A stretch of DNA of 64,000 bases from Akkermansiaceae bacterium. GTDB lineage: Bacteria > Verrucomicrobiota > Verrucomicrobiia > Verrucomicrobiales > Akkermansiaceae. The stretch lies in the NCBI GenBank assembly GCA_021202525.1, contig JAJQCV010000015.1, forward strand, positions 5,020 to 69,019. Reading direction: 5' to 3'. Shown piece by piece: positions 1 to 9,428 of this stretch (within the stretch, counting starts at the first letter, position 1; every line of letters begins with the position of its first letter). Below the pieces are notes generated by a model that had not been told where the DNA came from, searched no databases, and worked only from the letters and a program-made list of their open reading frames with translations. Both the position numbers and the translations under genes were made by a program.

Positions 1-251
1 AAGCCCAGAAGGCCGATGAGGGCGCCGGAGGATTTAAGCTCCACGGCATACAGGCCATAGCCCTTTTCATCCAGCTCCGTCCGCATGCGGTCCCACATGG
101 AGCGGGATTCCTCCTCCGCCAGCACGGACGGAAAGAAGCGCATCACCAAGGGGCTGGCGTTCATGGCCGCAAAGAAGGGCCAGTCCGCTTCCTCCCACGC
201 CCGGAATTTCAATCGGGCCGATTCCGGAAACGTCTGAGGCTCCGTCTTCAT
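1..251 (-). CDS. GNAT acetyltransferase, RimJ/RimL family (partial, runs off the window start)
   Basis: Manual translation from ATG 251: MKTEPQTFPESARLKFRAWEEADWPFFAAMNASPLVMRFFP...GYGLYAVELKSSGALIG, typical Acetyltransf_3 N-terminus. Not in the ORF track. Confidence 0.75.
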   Translation of the reverse strand, partial: MKTEPQTFPESARLKFRAWEEADWPFFAAMNASPLVMRFFPSVLAEEESRSMWDRMRTELDEKGYGLYAVELKSSGALIGLLG

Positions 252-255
252 TATT

Positions 256-3200
256 TCAGTTGTACATGGAGAGTTCCGTTTCCAACGCGGCACAGCGGTT
301 GACGCGGAATTGCTCGTCCAGCTCCAGAATCCGGCTGTGCCCCAGGCTGTCCTTGATGGTGAGGTTGACCTTGCCGCGGCCGGGATATTTTTTCAGAATG
401 TTCCGGATATGCTCCAGGTTTTCCCTGGTATGGCGCAGGGGGCTGACAATGATGTTCAGCGGTCCCTGGTCTCCGGATTTGGTCCTTCGCCTTTTTCCGC
501 CCAGCGGATCAATGCCCTGGGCGGCCACGCTCTTGGAGGAGGTGCGGTCGTCCTCCCGGATGTTGGCGCGCACGGCCACGAAGACGCCGGGTTCCAGACC
601 GCCTTCCATTTCCAGGGCTTTTTCATAGACGTCCGACCACAGAAGCACTTCCACGCTTCCAGTAAAGTCTTCCAGGGTCAGGATGGCGAATTTCCTTCCC
701 GCCTTGCTGATTTTGGGAATGACGGAGCGCACCATGCCGGCAATCTGGTGCTTCTGCTTGAGTTCGTGGGATTCCAGGGAGTCTATGAGGCCGATGCGCG
801 TGTATTTTTCCGCATCAATGACGCCGCGCATGGAGTCCAGGGGGTGCCCGCAGAAGTAGGCGCCCAGCAGGTCCTTTTCATCAGTCATGCGCTGTTCCTT
901 GGGCCATTCCGGAACGGGAGGCTCATCTTTTACCCTGGGGGCCTCAAAGGTCATGTCAAACAGGGAGCCCTGCCCCAGCGCCTTGTCCTTGTGCACCTGG
1001 GAGGCGCCGCTGAGGGCCAGGTCCACGCGTTCGAACATGATGGAACGCGGTTCCAGCGTCCAGTCCAGCGCACCCGCGCGAATCAGGGATTCCAGAATTT
1101 TCTTGTTGACGGATTTGGAGTCCAGCCTGTTGCAGATGTCCTCCATGCTGGTGAATTCCCCGTTCCTGTCCCGCTCTTCCAGAAGAATCTGCATGGCGCC
1201 TTCACCCACGTTCTTGATGGCGGCCAGGCCGTAGCGCACGGCCAGCTTGCCGGAAGGCGTTTCTTCGGGAGTGAATTTGAGCATGGATTTGTTCACGTTG
1301 GGCGGCAGGATTTCAATACCCATGCGGTTGGCCTCCTGAATGAACACGCCGATTTTGTCGTTATTCACTTCATTGGACATCAGGCCGCAGAGGAATTCCA
1401 CGGGGAAGTGAGCCTTGAGATAGGCCGTCCAGTAGGAGATGTGGCCGTAACAGGCGGAGTGGGATTTGTTGAATCCGTACCCGGCGAATTTTTCAATCTT
1501 GTCAAAGATGGCCGTGGCCGTTTTTTCGTCAATCTGGTTGGTTTTCCAGCATCCTTCCACAAAGTGGGCCTTTTCCTTGGCCATCTTCGCGGGGTCTTTC
1601 TTACCCATGGCGCGCCGCAGAAGGTCGGCGCCGCCGAGCGTGTAGCCCGCCAGCAGCTTGGCCGCAGCCTGCACCTGTTCCTGGTAGATCATCACGCCGT
1701 AAGTCTCTCCGCTGACTTGCTCCAGCAGGGGGTGTTCATATTCCACCTTCCGGATGCCCTTTTTGACCTCGATCATTTCATCCATGAACTGCATGGCTCC
1801 CGGACGGTACAGGGCCAGCAGGTCAATGATGTCTTCAATTTTCTGGATGCCATACCTCCGGCAGGTATCCACCATGCCGCCGGATTCCAACTGGAACACG
1901 CCCATCGTGTCCCCCCTGTTGAGCAGGTCCAGCGTTTCACGGTCGTCCAGGGGCACGTCGTCCAGCCTGAATTCCGGAACGCGCCAGCGGGCGTATTCCT
2001 CCGCGTCGTGCATGACGGTGAGGGTTTTCAGCCCCAGAAAGTCCATTTTCAACAGCCCCACTTCATAAATGGCGCTCATGTCGCACTGGGCGACGACGGC
2101 GGCGTGGGGATCGGAAAGGTCGTCACGGGTCAGAGCCACGTGTTCGTCCAGGGGACGGTCGCCGATGACGACGCCCGCCGCGTGCACGCCCACGTTGCGT
2201 ATCAGGCCCTCCAGGCGGGTCGCGTACCCCCAGAGTTCCGTGTACGCTTCATCAGACGCGATGAGGTCCCGGAGTTCCTCATTGCTTTTATAGCTGGATT
2301 GCAGCGTCACCTTGGGCCCCGTTTCAATCAGCTTGGAGATGCGGTCGCCGTCGGCATAGGACATGTCCATCACGCGCGCCACGTCCCTGAGAACGGATTT
2401 GGCGCCCATGGTGCCGTACGTGATGATGTGGGACACAGCGCGCTCTCCGTATTTCTGCCGTACGTAGTCAATCACCTCCGGACGCCGCGTCTGGCAGAAG
2501 TCGATGTCGATGTCCGGCGGGCTCACGCGTTCCGGATTCAGGAAGCGTTCAAAGATCAGGCCGAAGCGCAGCGGGTCGATGTTCGTGATTTTCATGGCGT
2601 ACGCCACCAGGGAGCCGGCGGCGGAACCGCGGCCGGGCCCCACAGGAATGTCGTGGTCCTTAGCCCAGTTGATGAAGTCCGCCGTGATCAGGAAGTAGGA
2701 AGCGAATTTCAACTGGTTGATGATACCCAGTTCATAGTCCAGGCGGGCGCACAGTTCCTTGTCCGCGGCCACACGCTGCTTGCCGTAACGTTCTTCCAGC
2801 CCCTTGTAACACACCTTGCGCAGGTATTCCTCCCGCGTGGAGCCGTCCGGCGTGCCGAATTCCGGGTATTTTTCCGTGCTGGTGGAGTCCAGCTTGATCG
2901 TGACGTTGCAGCGCTCCGCGATTTTCAGCGTGTTTTCCAGCGCGTCCGGATAGTCCTTGAATACTTCCCTCATTTCCTCCGGGGATTTGAGGTAGACTTC
3001 CGTGGAGTAGCGCATGCGCTTGGGTGAGGCCAGCTTTTCGTTGGTGCCGATGCAGATAAGCGCATCGTGCATGTCGTGGTCCTCCCTTTTCAGGAAGTGC
3101 ACGTCATTGGTAGCCAGGATGGGCGTTCCGGTTTTGCGGGCGATGCGCACCAGTTCCGGCAGGCACTTTTTCTGTTCTTCCATGCCGTGGTCCTGCAATT

Positions 3201-3780
3201 CCACAAAGATGTTGTTTTCCCCGAAGACGTCTTTCAGGGCCAGCAGGGCTTCTTCCGCCTTTTCCGACTGGTCGTTGAGCAGCCATTCATTGAGGGGCCC
3301 GGCAAGGCACGCCGTGCAGCAGATGAGGCCCTCATGGAATTCCCGCAGGGTTTCCATGTCCACGCGTGGCTTGTAGTAGAAGCCTTCCAGATGGGAGCGG
3401 GAGACCATCTTGACCAGGTTCTGCCAGCCCGTTTCATTTTCCGCCAGAAGAAGAAGGTGCGTGTATTTGCGGCGGCCGGGAAGCTGCTTTTTCACGCCGA
3501 TGGGCGTGGGGGAGAGGTACACCTCACAGCCGAAGATGGGCTTGACGGGCTGCTTCCAAGGGCCTTCCGGGTGTTCCTTGTTCCAGGCTTCCGCGGATTT
3601 GTTGAGGCTGTTGGTCTCCATGACCAGCTCAATGGCTCCGAAGAGGTTGCCATGGTCCGTGATGGCGACGGCGGGCATTCCCATGCGGGAGCATTCCGCA
3701 ATGAGGTCCTTGATGTGGACGGCGCCGTCCAGAAGGGAGTATTCCGTGTGGTTGTGGAGGTGTACGAAGGTGTCAGCCAT
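256..3780 (-). CDS. dnaE: DNA polymerase III alpha subunit
   Basis: 1174 aa; PHP motif FVHLHNHTEYSLLDGA, GPGRGSAAGSLVAY, PDIDIDF, GYGFNKSHS, C-terminal OB fold. Confidence 0.98.
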   Translation of the reverse strand: MADTFVHLHNHTEYSLLDGAVHIKDLIAECSRMGMPAVAITDHGNLFGAIELVMETNSLNKSAEAWNKEHPEGPWKQPVKPIFGCEVYLSPTPIGVKKQLPGRRKYTHLLLLAENETGWQNLVKMVSRSHLEGFYYKPRVDMETLREFHEGLICCTACLAGPLNEWLLNDQSEKAEEALLALKDVFGENNIFVELQDHGMEEQKKCLPELVRIARKTGTPILATNDVHFLKREDHDMHDALICIGTNEKLASPKRMRYSTEVYLKSPEEMREVFKDYPDALENTLKIAERCNVTIKLDSTSTEKYPEFGTPDGSTREEYLRKVCYKGLEERYGKQRVAADKELCARLDYELGIINQLKFASYFLITADFINWAKDHDIPVGPGRGSAAGSLVAYAMKITNIDPLRFGLIFERFLNPERVSPPDIDIDFCQTRRPEVIDYVRQKYGERAVSHIITYGTMGAKSVLRDVARVMDMSYADGDRISKLIETGPKVTLQSSYKSNEELRDLIASDEAYTELWGYATRLEGLIRNVGVHAAGVVIGDRPLDEHVALTRDDLSDPHAAVVAQCDMSAIYEVGLLKMDFLGLKTLTVMHDAEEYARWRVPEFRLDDVPLDDRETLDLLNRGDTMGVFQLESGGMVDTCRRYGIQKIEDIIDLLALYRPGAMQFMDEMIEVKKGIRKVEYEHPLLEQVSGETYGVMIYQEQVQAAAKLLAGYTLGGADLLRRAMGKKDPAKMAKEKAHFVEGCWKTNQIDEKTATAIFDKIEKFAGYGFNKSHSACYGHISYWTAYLKAHFPVEFLCGLMSNEVNNDKIGVFIQEANRMGIEILPPNVNKSMLKFTPEETPSGKLAVRYGLAAIKNVGEGAMQILLEERDRNGEFTSMEDICNRLDSKSVNKKILESLIRAGALDWTLEPRSIMFERVDLALSGASQVHKDKALGQGSLFDMTFEAPRVKDEPPVPEWPKEQRMTDEKDLLGAYFCGHPLDSMRGVIDAEKYTRIGLIDSLESHELKQKHQIAGMVRSVIPKISKAGRKFAILTLEDFTGSVEVLLWSDVYEKALEMEGGLEPGVFVAVRANIREDDRTSSKSVAAQGIDPLGGKRRRTKSGDQGPLNIIVSPLRHTRENLEHIRNILKKYPGRGKVNLTIKDSLGHSRILELDEQFRVNRCAALETELSMYN

Positions 3781-3808
3781 GAATCAGGGTCTGTGCAGGG
3801 TGAGGGGT

Positions 3809-4855
3809 TCAGGAGTTTACGGGGCATTCCGCCTTCATGGCTTCCACACATTCCCGGACCAGGTTGGGGCCCCGGTAGATAAAGCCCGTGTAGAGTTGAA
3901 CCAGGCTGGCGCCCGCCTTGATTTTGGCGACGGCATCCGCCCCGCTCATGATGCCGCCCACGCCGATGATCGGGATGCGGCCTTTCAGTTCCGAGGCAAA
4001 GGCCCCGATCACTTCCGTGGAACGTGCCGTGAGGGGTGCCCCGGAGAGGCCGCCCGCCTCCTCCCTGCGGGGACTGTTTTCCGCGCCGGTGCGGGAAAGC
4101 GTGGTGTTCGTGGCGATCAGGCCGTCCAGCCCTTCATCCAGAAAGACCCGGCTAAGTTCCGCGATTTGTTCGTCCGTGACGTCCGGAGCCACCTTCATGA
4201 AGATGGGAACCTGCCGCCCGGTTTCCGCCGCCATGTTCGCCTGTTCCGATTTCAGGGACGCCAGCAGGCGCGCGGCGGGCTCAGCCGCCTGGAGGTCGCG
4301 CAGGCCCGGCGTATTGGGAGAGGAGAAGTTGATGGCAATGTAGTCCGCCACGGGCCACGCCGCCCTCAGGCAGGCTAGGTAGTCCTGGGCGGCATCCTCG
4401 TTCGGCGTCACCTTGTTTTTGCCGATGTTGACGCCAAGCACCCCGTTGAAACGGGTGGCCTCCCGGATGTTTTCCACACCTGCGGCAATGCCGTGGTTGT
4501 TGAAGCCCATTCTGTTGATGATGGCACGCTGGGGAATGAGGCGGAACAGGCGCGGCTTGTCGTTGCCGGGCTGGGGACGCGGCGTCAGCGTTCCCACCTC
4601 CACAAAGCCGAATCCCACCTGGCCGAAGGCGCTGACCGTATCCGCCTCCTTGTCCATCCCGGCGGCAAGGCCTACCCTGTTGGGGAATTTCATGCCCAGG
4701 ATTTCCACCGGGTCGGAAGGCACGCCTCCCATCAGCAGGGGGAGAACGCGCATCCTTTCAGCCATACGCAACCCGAACAGTGTCAGGTTGTGGGCAGTTT
4801 CCGGATTCAACTGGAACAACAAACTTTTGGCAGCAGAATATAATGCGGGGGACAC
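3809..4855 (-). CDS. pyrD: Quinone-dependent dihydroorotate dehydrogenase (class 2)
   Basis: GLAAGMDK, EVGTLTPRPQPGN, NRMGFNN, GVNIGKNK, INFSSPNTPGLR, GGLSGAPL; GTG start. Confidence 0.95.
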   Translation of the reverse strand: MSPALYSAAKSLLFQLNPETAHNLTLFGLRMAERMRVLPLLMGGVPSDPVEILGMKFPNRVGLAAGMDKEADTVSAFGQVGFGFVEVGTLTPRPQPGNDKPRLFRLIPQRAIINRMGFNNHGIAAGVENIREATRFNGVLGVNIGKNKVTPNEDAAQDYLACLRAAWPVADYIAINFSSPNTPGLRDLQAAEPAARLLASLKSEQANMAAETGRQVPIFMKVAPDVTDEQIAELSRVFLDEGLDGLIATNTTLSRTGAENSPRREEAGGLSGAPLTARSTEVIGAFASELKGRIPIIGVGGIMSGADAVAKIKAGASLVQLYTGFIYRGPNLVRECVEAMKAECPVNS

Positions 4856-4865
4856 GATGGGGGGG

Positions 4866-4893
4866 AGTGTACCACACAGCCCTTTACGGTCAA
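4866..4893 (-). promoter_or_regulatory. Candidate sigma70 promoter of pyrD (TTGACC-N16-TACACT, extended TG)
   Basis: Minus-strand hexamers at 4893-4888 and 4871-4866; 10 nt to the GTG start. Confidence 0.6.
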
Positions 4894-4907
4894 GATTGGG
4901 AAGCGTC

Positions 4908-4935
4908 TTGTCCGGATGATTTTATCCGGTACAAT
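4908..4935 (+). promoter_or_regulatory. Candidate sigma70 promoter of thiE (TTGTCC-N16-TACAAT)
   Basis: Hexamers at 4908-4913 and 4930-4935; 8 nt to ATG 4944. Confidence 0.6.
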
Positions 4936-4943
4936 TCCCGTCC

Positions 4944-5588
4944 ATGAACCGGATGGAACGCCTCACCGCCTGCCGCCTGTACGGCATTGTAGATTTGGGA
5001 TACACGCCTGAACATCAATTAATACCTGTCACGAAAAAACTTCTGGGGGGAGGCCTGGGCATCCTTCAGCTCAGGGCGAAGAACCACAACCCGGAGTATA
5101 TAGAGAGGATGGGCCGCCAACTTGCCCCCCTGTGCCGGGAATGCGGCTGTCTTTTCATCATCAACGACTACCCGGAAATCGCCCGGAGCATCGGCGCGGA
5201 CGGGGTGCATCTGGGGCAGGAAGACGGGAAGCTGGAGACCGCGCGGAACCTGCTGGGACCACACGCCCTCATCGGCCGCTCCACGCACAGTCCGGAACAG
5301 GCGCTGGGCGGCTTCCGGGAGGGAGCGGATTACATAGGATTCGGCCCGCTGTTCCCCACGGGTACCAAGCCGGGGAGGCGGGCGATCGGCCTGGAACACA
5401 TTGCCGGCGTGCAGGCGCAGCTTCCGGAGGATTTTCCCGTCTTCTGCATCGGCGGCATCAATGAGGCCACTCTTCCCGCCGTTCTGGATGCCGGGGCGAA
5501 AAGGGCCGTGATCGTTTCCTGGCTGCTCACGCATCCCGATATCACGGGAACCGTTGCAGAGGTAAGGAAGAGGCTTGGAGAGGCCTAG
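4944..5588 (+). CDS. thiE: Thiamine-phosphate synthase
   Basis: LQLRAKN, FIINDY, ADGVHLGQED, GRSTHS, DYIGFGPLFPTGTKP, CIGGIN. Confidence 0.92.
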   Translation: MNRMERLTACRLYGIVDLGYTPEHQLIPVTKKLLGGGLGILQLRAKNHNPEYIERMGRQLAPLCRECGCLFIINDYPEIARSIGADGVHLGQEDGKLETARNLLGPHALIGRSTHSPEQALGGFREGADYIGFGPLFPTGTKPGRRAIGLEHIAGVQAQLPEDFPVFCIGGINEATLPAVLDAGAKRAVIVSWLLTHPDITGTVAEVRKRLGEA

Positions 5589-5596
5589 AAAGGGTT

Positions 5597-6271
5597 TTAC
5601 GCGCTCCCTTCTTCATCCGGGGAAAGAGCCGGACGGGAAATGAGCAGCACGGCCGTGTCCACAATCATTTTCAGGATACGGTCCTGGTCCTTCATCCAGG
5701 GTTCCTTGTCGTGAAGGTCGGGGCGCGTGGCGTATTTCCCCAGCGTGGCATGAAAGATGGAGCTCATGATATGGACATGCCAGGAAAGGGAGAGTTCATC
5801 TCCCCACGGACAGACCTGACGAACCCTCTCCGTCATTTCCCGGATGACCGGGGCGTAGAATTCATCATAGATTTTCTCAACGAGGCATTCCGGTTCCTGC
5901 GGCAGGCGCCACAGCAGGCGCATATGGTCCGGGCCGCCCAGGCTTTCGTCCAGAAGTATGCGGAAGGCAGGCTCAATGAATGCGCGGGCATACGCCCTGA
6001 GGGACGGTTCCTTGTCCGCCTCCTTCAGCAGCTTCATGCGCTCTTCCATCAGAGGTTCCGCATAGTGGCGGAAGACGGCGAGATAAAGCCCTTCCTTGTT
6101 TTCAAAGTAATAGACGATGGAAGCCAGGTTCACCCCGGCCTCCGAGGCGATGGCGCGCATGGTCACGCCGTCAAAGCCGCTGCGGGCAAAGAGCTTTTGT
6201 GCGGCGCGGAGAATTTTGCCGCTGGTTTCCGCGGAACGGTCGGCCTGGGATTTACGGACTGCGGGCATCAT
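5597..6271 (-). CDS. TetR/AcrR family transcriptional regulator
   Basis: N-terminal HTH ILRAAQKLFARSGFDGVTMRAIASEAGVNLASIVYYFENKEGLY. Confidence 0.9.
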   Translation of the reverse strand: MMPAVRKSQADRSAETSGKILRAAQKLFARSGFDGVTMRAIASEAGVNLASIVYYFENKEGLYLAVFRHYAEPLMEERMKLLKEADKEPSLRAYARAFIEPAFRILLDESLGGPDHMRLLWRLPQEPECLVEKIYDEFYAPVIREMTERVRQVCPWGDELSLSWHVHIMSSIFHATLGKYATRPDLHDKEPWMKDQDRILKMIVDTAVLLISRPALSPDEEGSA

Positions 6272-6298
6272 TTCAAAAACGCGGGAAAGCTTTTGTGC

Positions 6299-7039
6299 CT
6301 AGCGTGAGGGACGGGAGGAACCGGCGGCTTTCACCAGCTGCTCCATATTCTGGGAGGACTGGAGCGCTTTTCCGTCCTTATCCATCAAAACCATTGTGGG
6401 AATACCGCGCGGAGCGACCTTTTTGGCCATTTCCGTCAGGTCCTTCCGCAGCAGGACGGGCTAGGGCATGTTGTTGGCCGCGGCCCATTTCTGGGCGGCT
6501 TCCAGATTCTGGTCCAGATTGCACATGATGACTTCCACATCCGGGTTTTCCTTCACCACCTTGTTGTAGGATTCCACGCTGTGCGGAGCGTTCCGGCAGC
6601 ACGGACCGCACCAGCTCGCACTGAAATACAGGATGAAGTATTTGGCGTTCAGCTTGCCGTCCTTTTTCTTGAGCTTGCCGTCCTCCAGCATGTAGGTCTG
6701 CCCCTTCATTTCCTCAGCCAGCGGTCCGGACGGTGTGGAAGACCATTCGGAAAGGGGTTTGCCGATAACGTCCTTGTGCTCCTCCAGCCATGTGCGGTCT
6801 TCATCCGAAAGTTTTTCCAGCGGTATGGTGATGGGCTTTTTGGCCGTGGTCACCAGTTTGACGGTTTTCATGTTCAGGGCGATGGGACGCGCTTCCACCG
6901 TGGTGCCCGTAGCCTTGTTCGTCCAGATGCGGAGGGAGGGGTCCGCCGCGGAGTCCCGGGATTCCGCAAAGCCGAGGGAAGCACCCAGCAGGAACGCTCC
7001 CGCCAACAGAGTCCGAATAGAAGAAAAATTCAAACACAT
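6299..7039 (-). pseudogene. Exported thioredoxin-like (TlpA/nucleoredoxin-type) protein interrupted by an in-frame TAG at 6461-6463
   Basis: Signal peptide, then YFSASWCGPCC. After the TAG the same frame continues for 53 codons (PVLLRKDLTEMAKKVAPRGIPTMVLMDKDGK...) containing the cis-Pro GIP motif, to TAG 6299-6301. Confidence 0.75.
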
Positions 7040-7058
7040 GACATTGATATACTACATC

Positions 7059-9338
7059 TTATTTTCCGTGTCGAGAAGCTGATTCCAGAATTTGCCTGGC
7101 CTGGGCGTGCCTCGGCTCGCGGCGCAGGGTTTCCGCGGCGGCGGCAGCGGCGTCCCGGTAACGTCCGTTGCGGTACAGCATGACCGCCAGGGTGAAGGGA
7201 ATATCCGGGTTTTCCTTGTCCAGGGAGGAACAGTTTTCCAGATCCTGAATCGCCTGTTCCAGACGCCCCACTTTTTCATTGAGCAGGGCGCGGTTGAACA
7301 GGGCGCGAATGAAGGCAGGTTCTATTTTCAGCGCCTCGTCAAAGGATTGGAGCGCCCCTGGCTCATCATTGTTTTCAATCTGGCCCAGGCCCAGCAGGTA
7401 CCACAGGTTGGCGTCCCGGGGAGCCAGCCGCACCGCCTCCCTCATCTGTTCCACGGCTTCCCGGCTACGGCCCTGGGATGCCAGGAATACGGCGTAATCC
7501 CGATGCACGACGGAGGAGGTGGCATCCCACTTCAACGCCTTGGCAAACCATTGTTCCGCCGCCTTGGCGTCTTTCCGGCTGATGGCGATCTGCGCCAGCT
7601 TCATGGCCCCGGAGGGCTGGTCCGCCTGGTGCAGTGCAGCAGCTGTCAGTTCCTTCATGCCGGGGCTGTCCGGAGGCAGGGAATCCCGCAGGGCCCATTC
7701 CGCCTGCAGGCGCACAACCTTGAACGGGTCATTGAGAAGTTTTCCGGCGGAGGGATTGTTCGCGCGGCCCATTACCTTGGCGGCGGCGGCACGGGTCAGG
7801 GCATCCGGATCATTCACCGCTCCGGCAGCCAGTTCCTGCACGGCGGGTTCATGAGCCCAGGAGTCCATCAGGTCCAGCAGCGTGGCGCGCCATGCCCCCA
7901 CTTCCTCCTCCCTGAAGCATTCCATCAATAGGGGAAGAACGCCCTCCTTGCCTTCATAGGCATGCTGCACGGCCCTGGTGCGGTTCCTGTATTTCGCCAT
8001 TTTGGGGTCCGCCCCGTAATATTTTTTCACCGCTTCCGCAGCCCATTCATTGCTCTTGTCCCGGTGGCACATGGTGCAGGCATTCGGGATGCCCAGTTCC
8101 ACGCTCAGCAGCGGGTCCGGGGAATTGAACGAATGGTCGCGGCGCGGGTCGCGCGCCATGTACAGGCTTTCCGGCATATGGCATTCCACGCACCGCGCGC
8201 CCATGCTGGACTGCGGGCACGGGGTATGTTTGGAAATATCAATGACGGGGGCTTTCACTCCGTTGACAGCCTCTCCCGTACCATGGCACCTCATGCAGAG
8301 CGTATTGTCCTCCTGGGGAAGCTTGAGCGTGCCGGTATGCGGGTCATGGCAGTCCAGGCAGGTGACGCCCGCCTTGCCCATGCGGCTCAGGCGCAGCCCC
8401 GTTTCACAGTAGTCCTCGTCCCTCTGCATGCCGTTGGGCCAGAATACGCCGGGCTGGACGGGAAGCACCAGCTGGAAGTGGTCGTCAAAGCGGTCCCCCA
8501 CGGCAAAATCATGGTCGAATTCGTCGCGCCGGGCATGACAGGAAGCGCAGTTGTCATGAATCTGCTGAGGAGTCAGCTTGTTCTTGGTGGAGATCATGCA
8601 TCCCGTTCCCGCCTCCGGCTTGTCCAGCAGGGGGCCGTGGCACTGGATGCAGGTGACGCCGGGTTCCTTCCAGGTGGAGGCGTAGCGGTCCTTGACGGGA
8701 TCATAGTTTTTATGGAACAGGGACATGTGGCACCAGGCACACTGAGTGTTCCAGTTCATGCCGCGGCCCGTCCAGTGGCCCCAGTCGCCCGGCTGGCGGA
8801 CTTCCTTGCCGAAGATGTCGAACCATTCCTTGCGGTTCACGTCCCATGCGGCGCTGAGAGTATGGTAGCCGCCATCCTTCGCGGGAACCAGGTATTGCAC
8901 CAGCGGGATGCGTCCCGTGGCCCATTCCGCCCGCCAGGAGGTGTTGGCCTGCCCGTCGTGAACGGTACGTCCCTGCCCGTCCGTGGAGAATTGGAGAACG
9001 CTGCCGTGGGCGCTCAGCTTCATGTTGTGGAAAGCCTCGGATTCCCACTGGTCCCCCAGCTTGCGGAACGCCCAGGCGTGGTCGGAACCGGCCCACTGCC
9101 TGAATTCCTTTTCATGACAGGCGCCGCACTGCATGGAAACGGGAACTTCATTCTGGTCCCAGTGCTCGCTGCCGCCCGTAAATACGGCCGGCTGGACGCC
9201 TGTTCCCGCCCGTCTTTCCATCCATGCCTTCATCACGGTCCCCAACCCTACGAGCGCCCCCAGCACGACAATAAGAACCACCCATTTTTTCACGGATGAC
9301 TTTTTGCTGGAAACGCGGGAAGGTTCAGGTTCGGACAT
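7059..9338 (-). CDS. Membrane-anchored octaheme c-type cytochrome with HEAT-like and TPR repeats
   Basis: Eight CxxCH motifs (CGACH, CAWCH, CIQCH, CASCH, CLDCH, CMRCH, CVECH, CTMCH), N-terminal hydrophobic anchor, C-terminal TPR-like helices. Confidence 0.85.
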   Translation of the reverse strand: MSEPEPSRVSSKKSSVKKWVVLIVVLGALVGLGTVMKAWMERRAGTGVQPAVFTGGSEHWDQNEVPVSMQCGACHEKEFRQWAGSDHAWAFRKLGDQWESEAFHNMKLSAHGSVLQFSTDGQGRTVHDGQANTSWRAEWATGRIPLVQYLVPAKDGGYHTLSAAWDVNRKEWFDIFGKEVRQPGDWGHWTGRGMNWNTQCAWCHMSLFHKNYDPVKDRYASTWKEPGVTCIQCHGPLLDKPEAGTGCMISTKNKLTPQQIHDNCASCHARRDEFDHDFAVGDRFDDHFQLVLPVQPGVFWPNGMQRDEDYCETGLRLSRMGKAGVTCLDCHDPHTGTLKLPQEDNTLCMRCHGTGEAVNGVKAPVIDISKHTPCPQSSMGARCVECHMPESLYMARDPRRDHSFNSPDPLLSVELGIPNACTMCHRDKSNEWAAEAVKKYYGADPKMAKYRNRTRAVQHAYEGKEGVLPLLMECFREEEVGAWRATLLDLMDSWAHEPAVQELAAGAVNDPDALTRAAAAKVMGRANNPSAGKLLNDPFKVVRLQAEWALRDSLPPDSPGMKELTAAALHQADQPSGAMKLAQIAISRKDAKAAEQWFAKALKWDATSSVVHRDYAVFLASQGRSREAVEQMREAVRLAPRDANLWYLLGLGQIENNDEPGALQSFDEALKIEPAFIRALFNRALLNEKVGRLEQAIQDLENCSSLDKENPDIPFTLAVMLYRNGRYRDAAAAAAETLRREPRHAQARQILESASRHGK

Positions 9339-9428
9339 GGCGGGGAATATCTTGCCACATTATAGGCGCTCCACCAAGGAACTTTTACGCAAATCCCCCG
9401 GAAACGCTGAGAAAGTGGCGGAGAACAG

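Noticed and set aside
310-3027. 905 aa plus-strand ORF opposite dnaE, and similar long antisense ORFs (19758-22172, 24081-25631, 29311-31101, 32354-34234, 39679-41826, 56705-58387)
   Set aside because: Shadow ORFs expected from high-GC codon bias opposite real genes; no recognisable motifs.
4856-4943. TPP riboswitch upstream of thiE
   Set aside because: Only 88 nt, filled by two divergent promoters; no TPP aptamer core.
6461-6463. Programmed readthrough (pyrrolysine or selenocysteine) of the thioredoxin stop
   Set aside because: The codon is TAG at a position where Trp is expected and outside the active site; no pyl or sel genes in the window. A point change is simpler.
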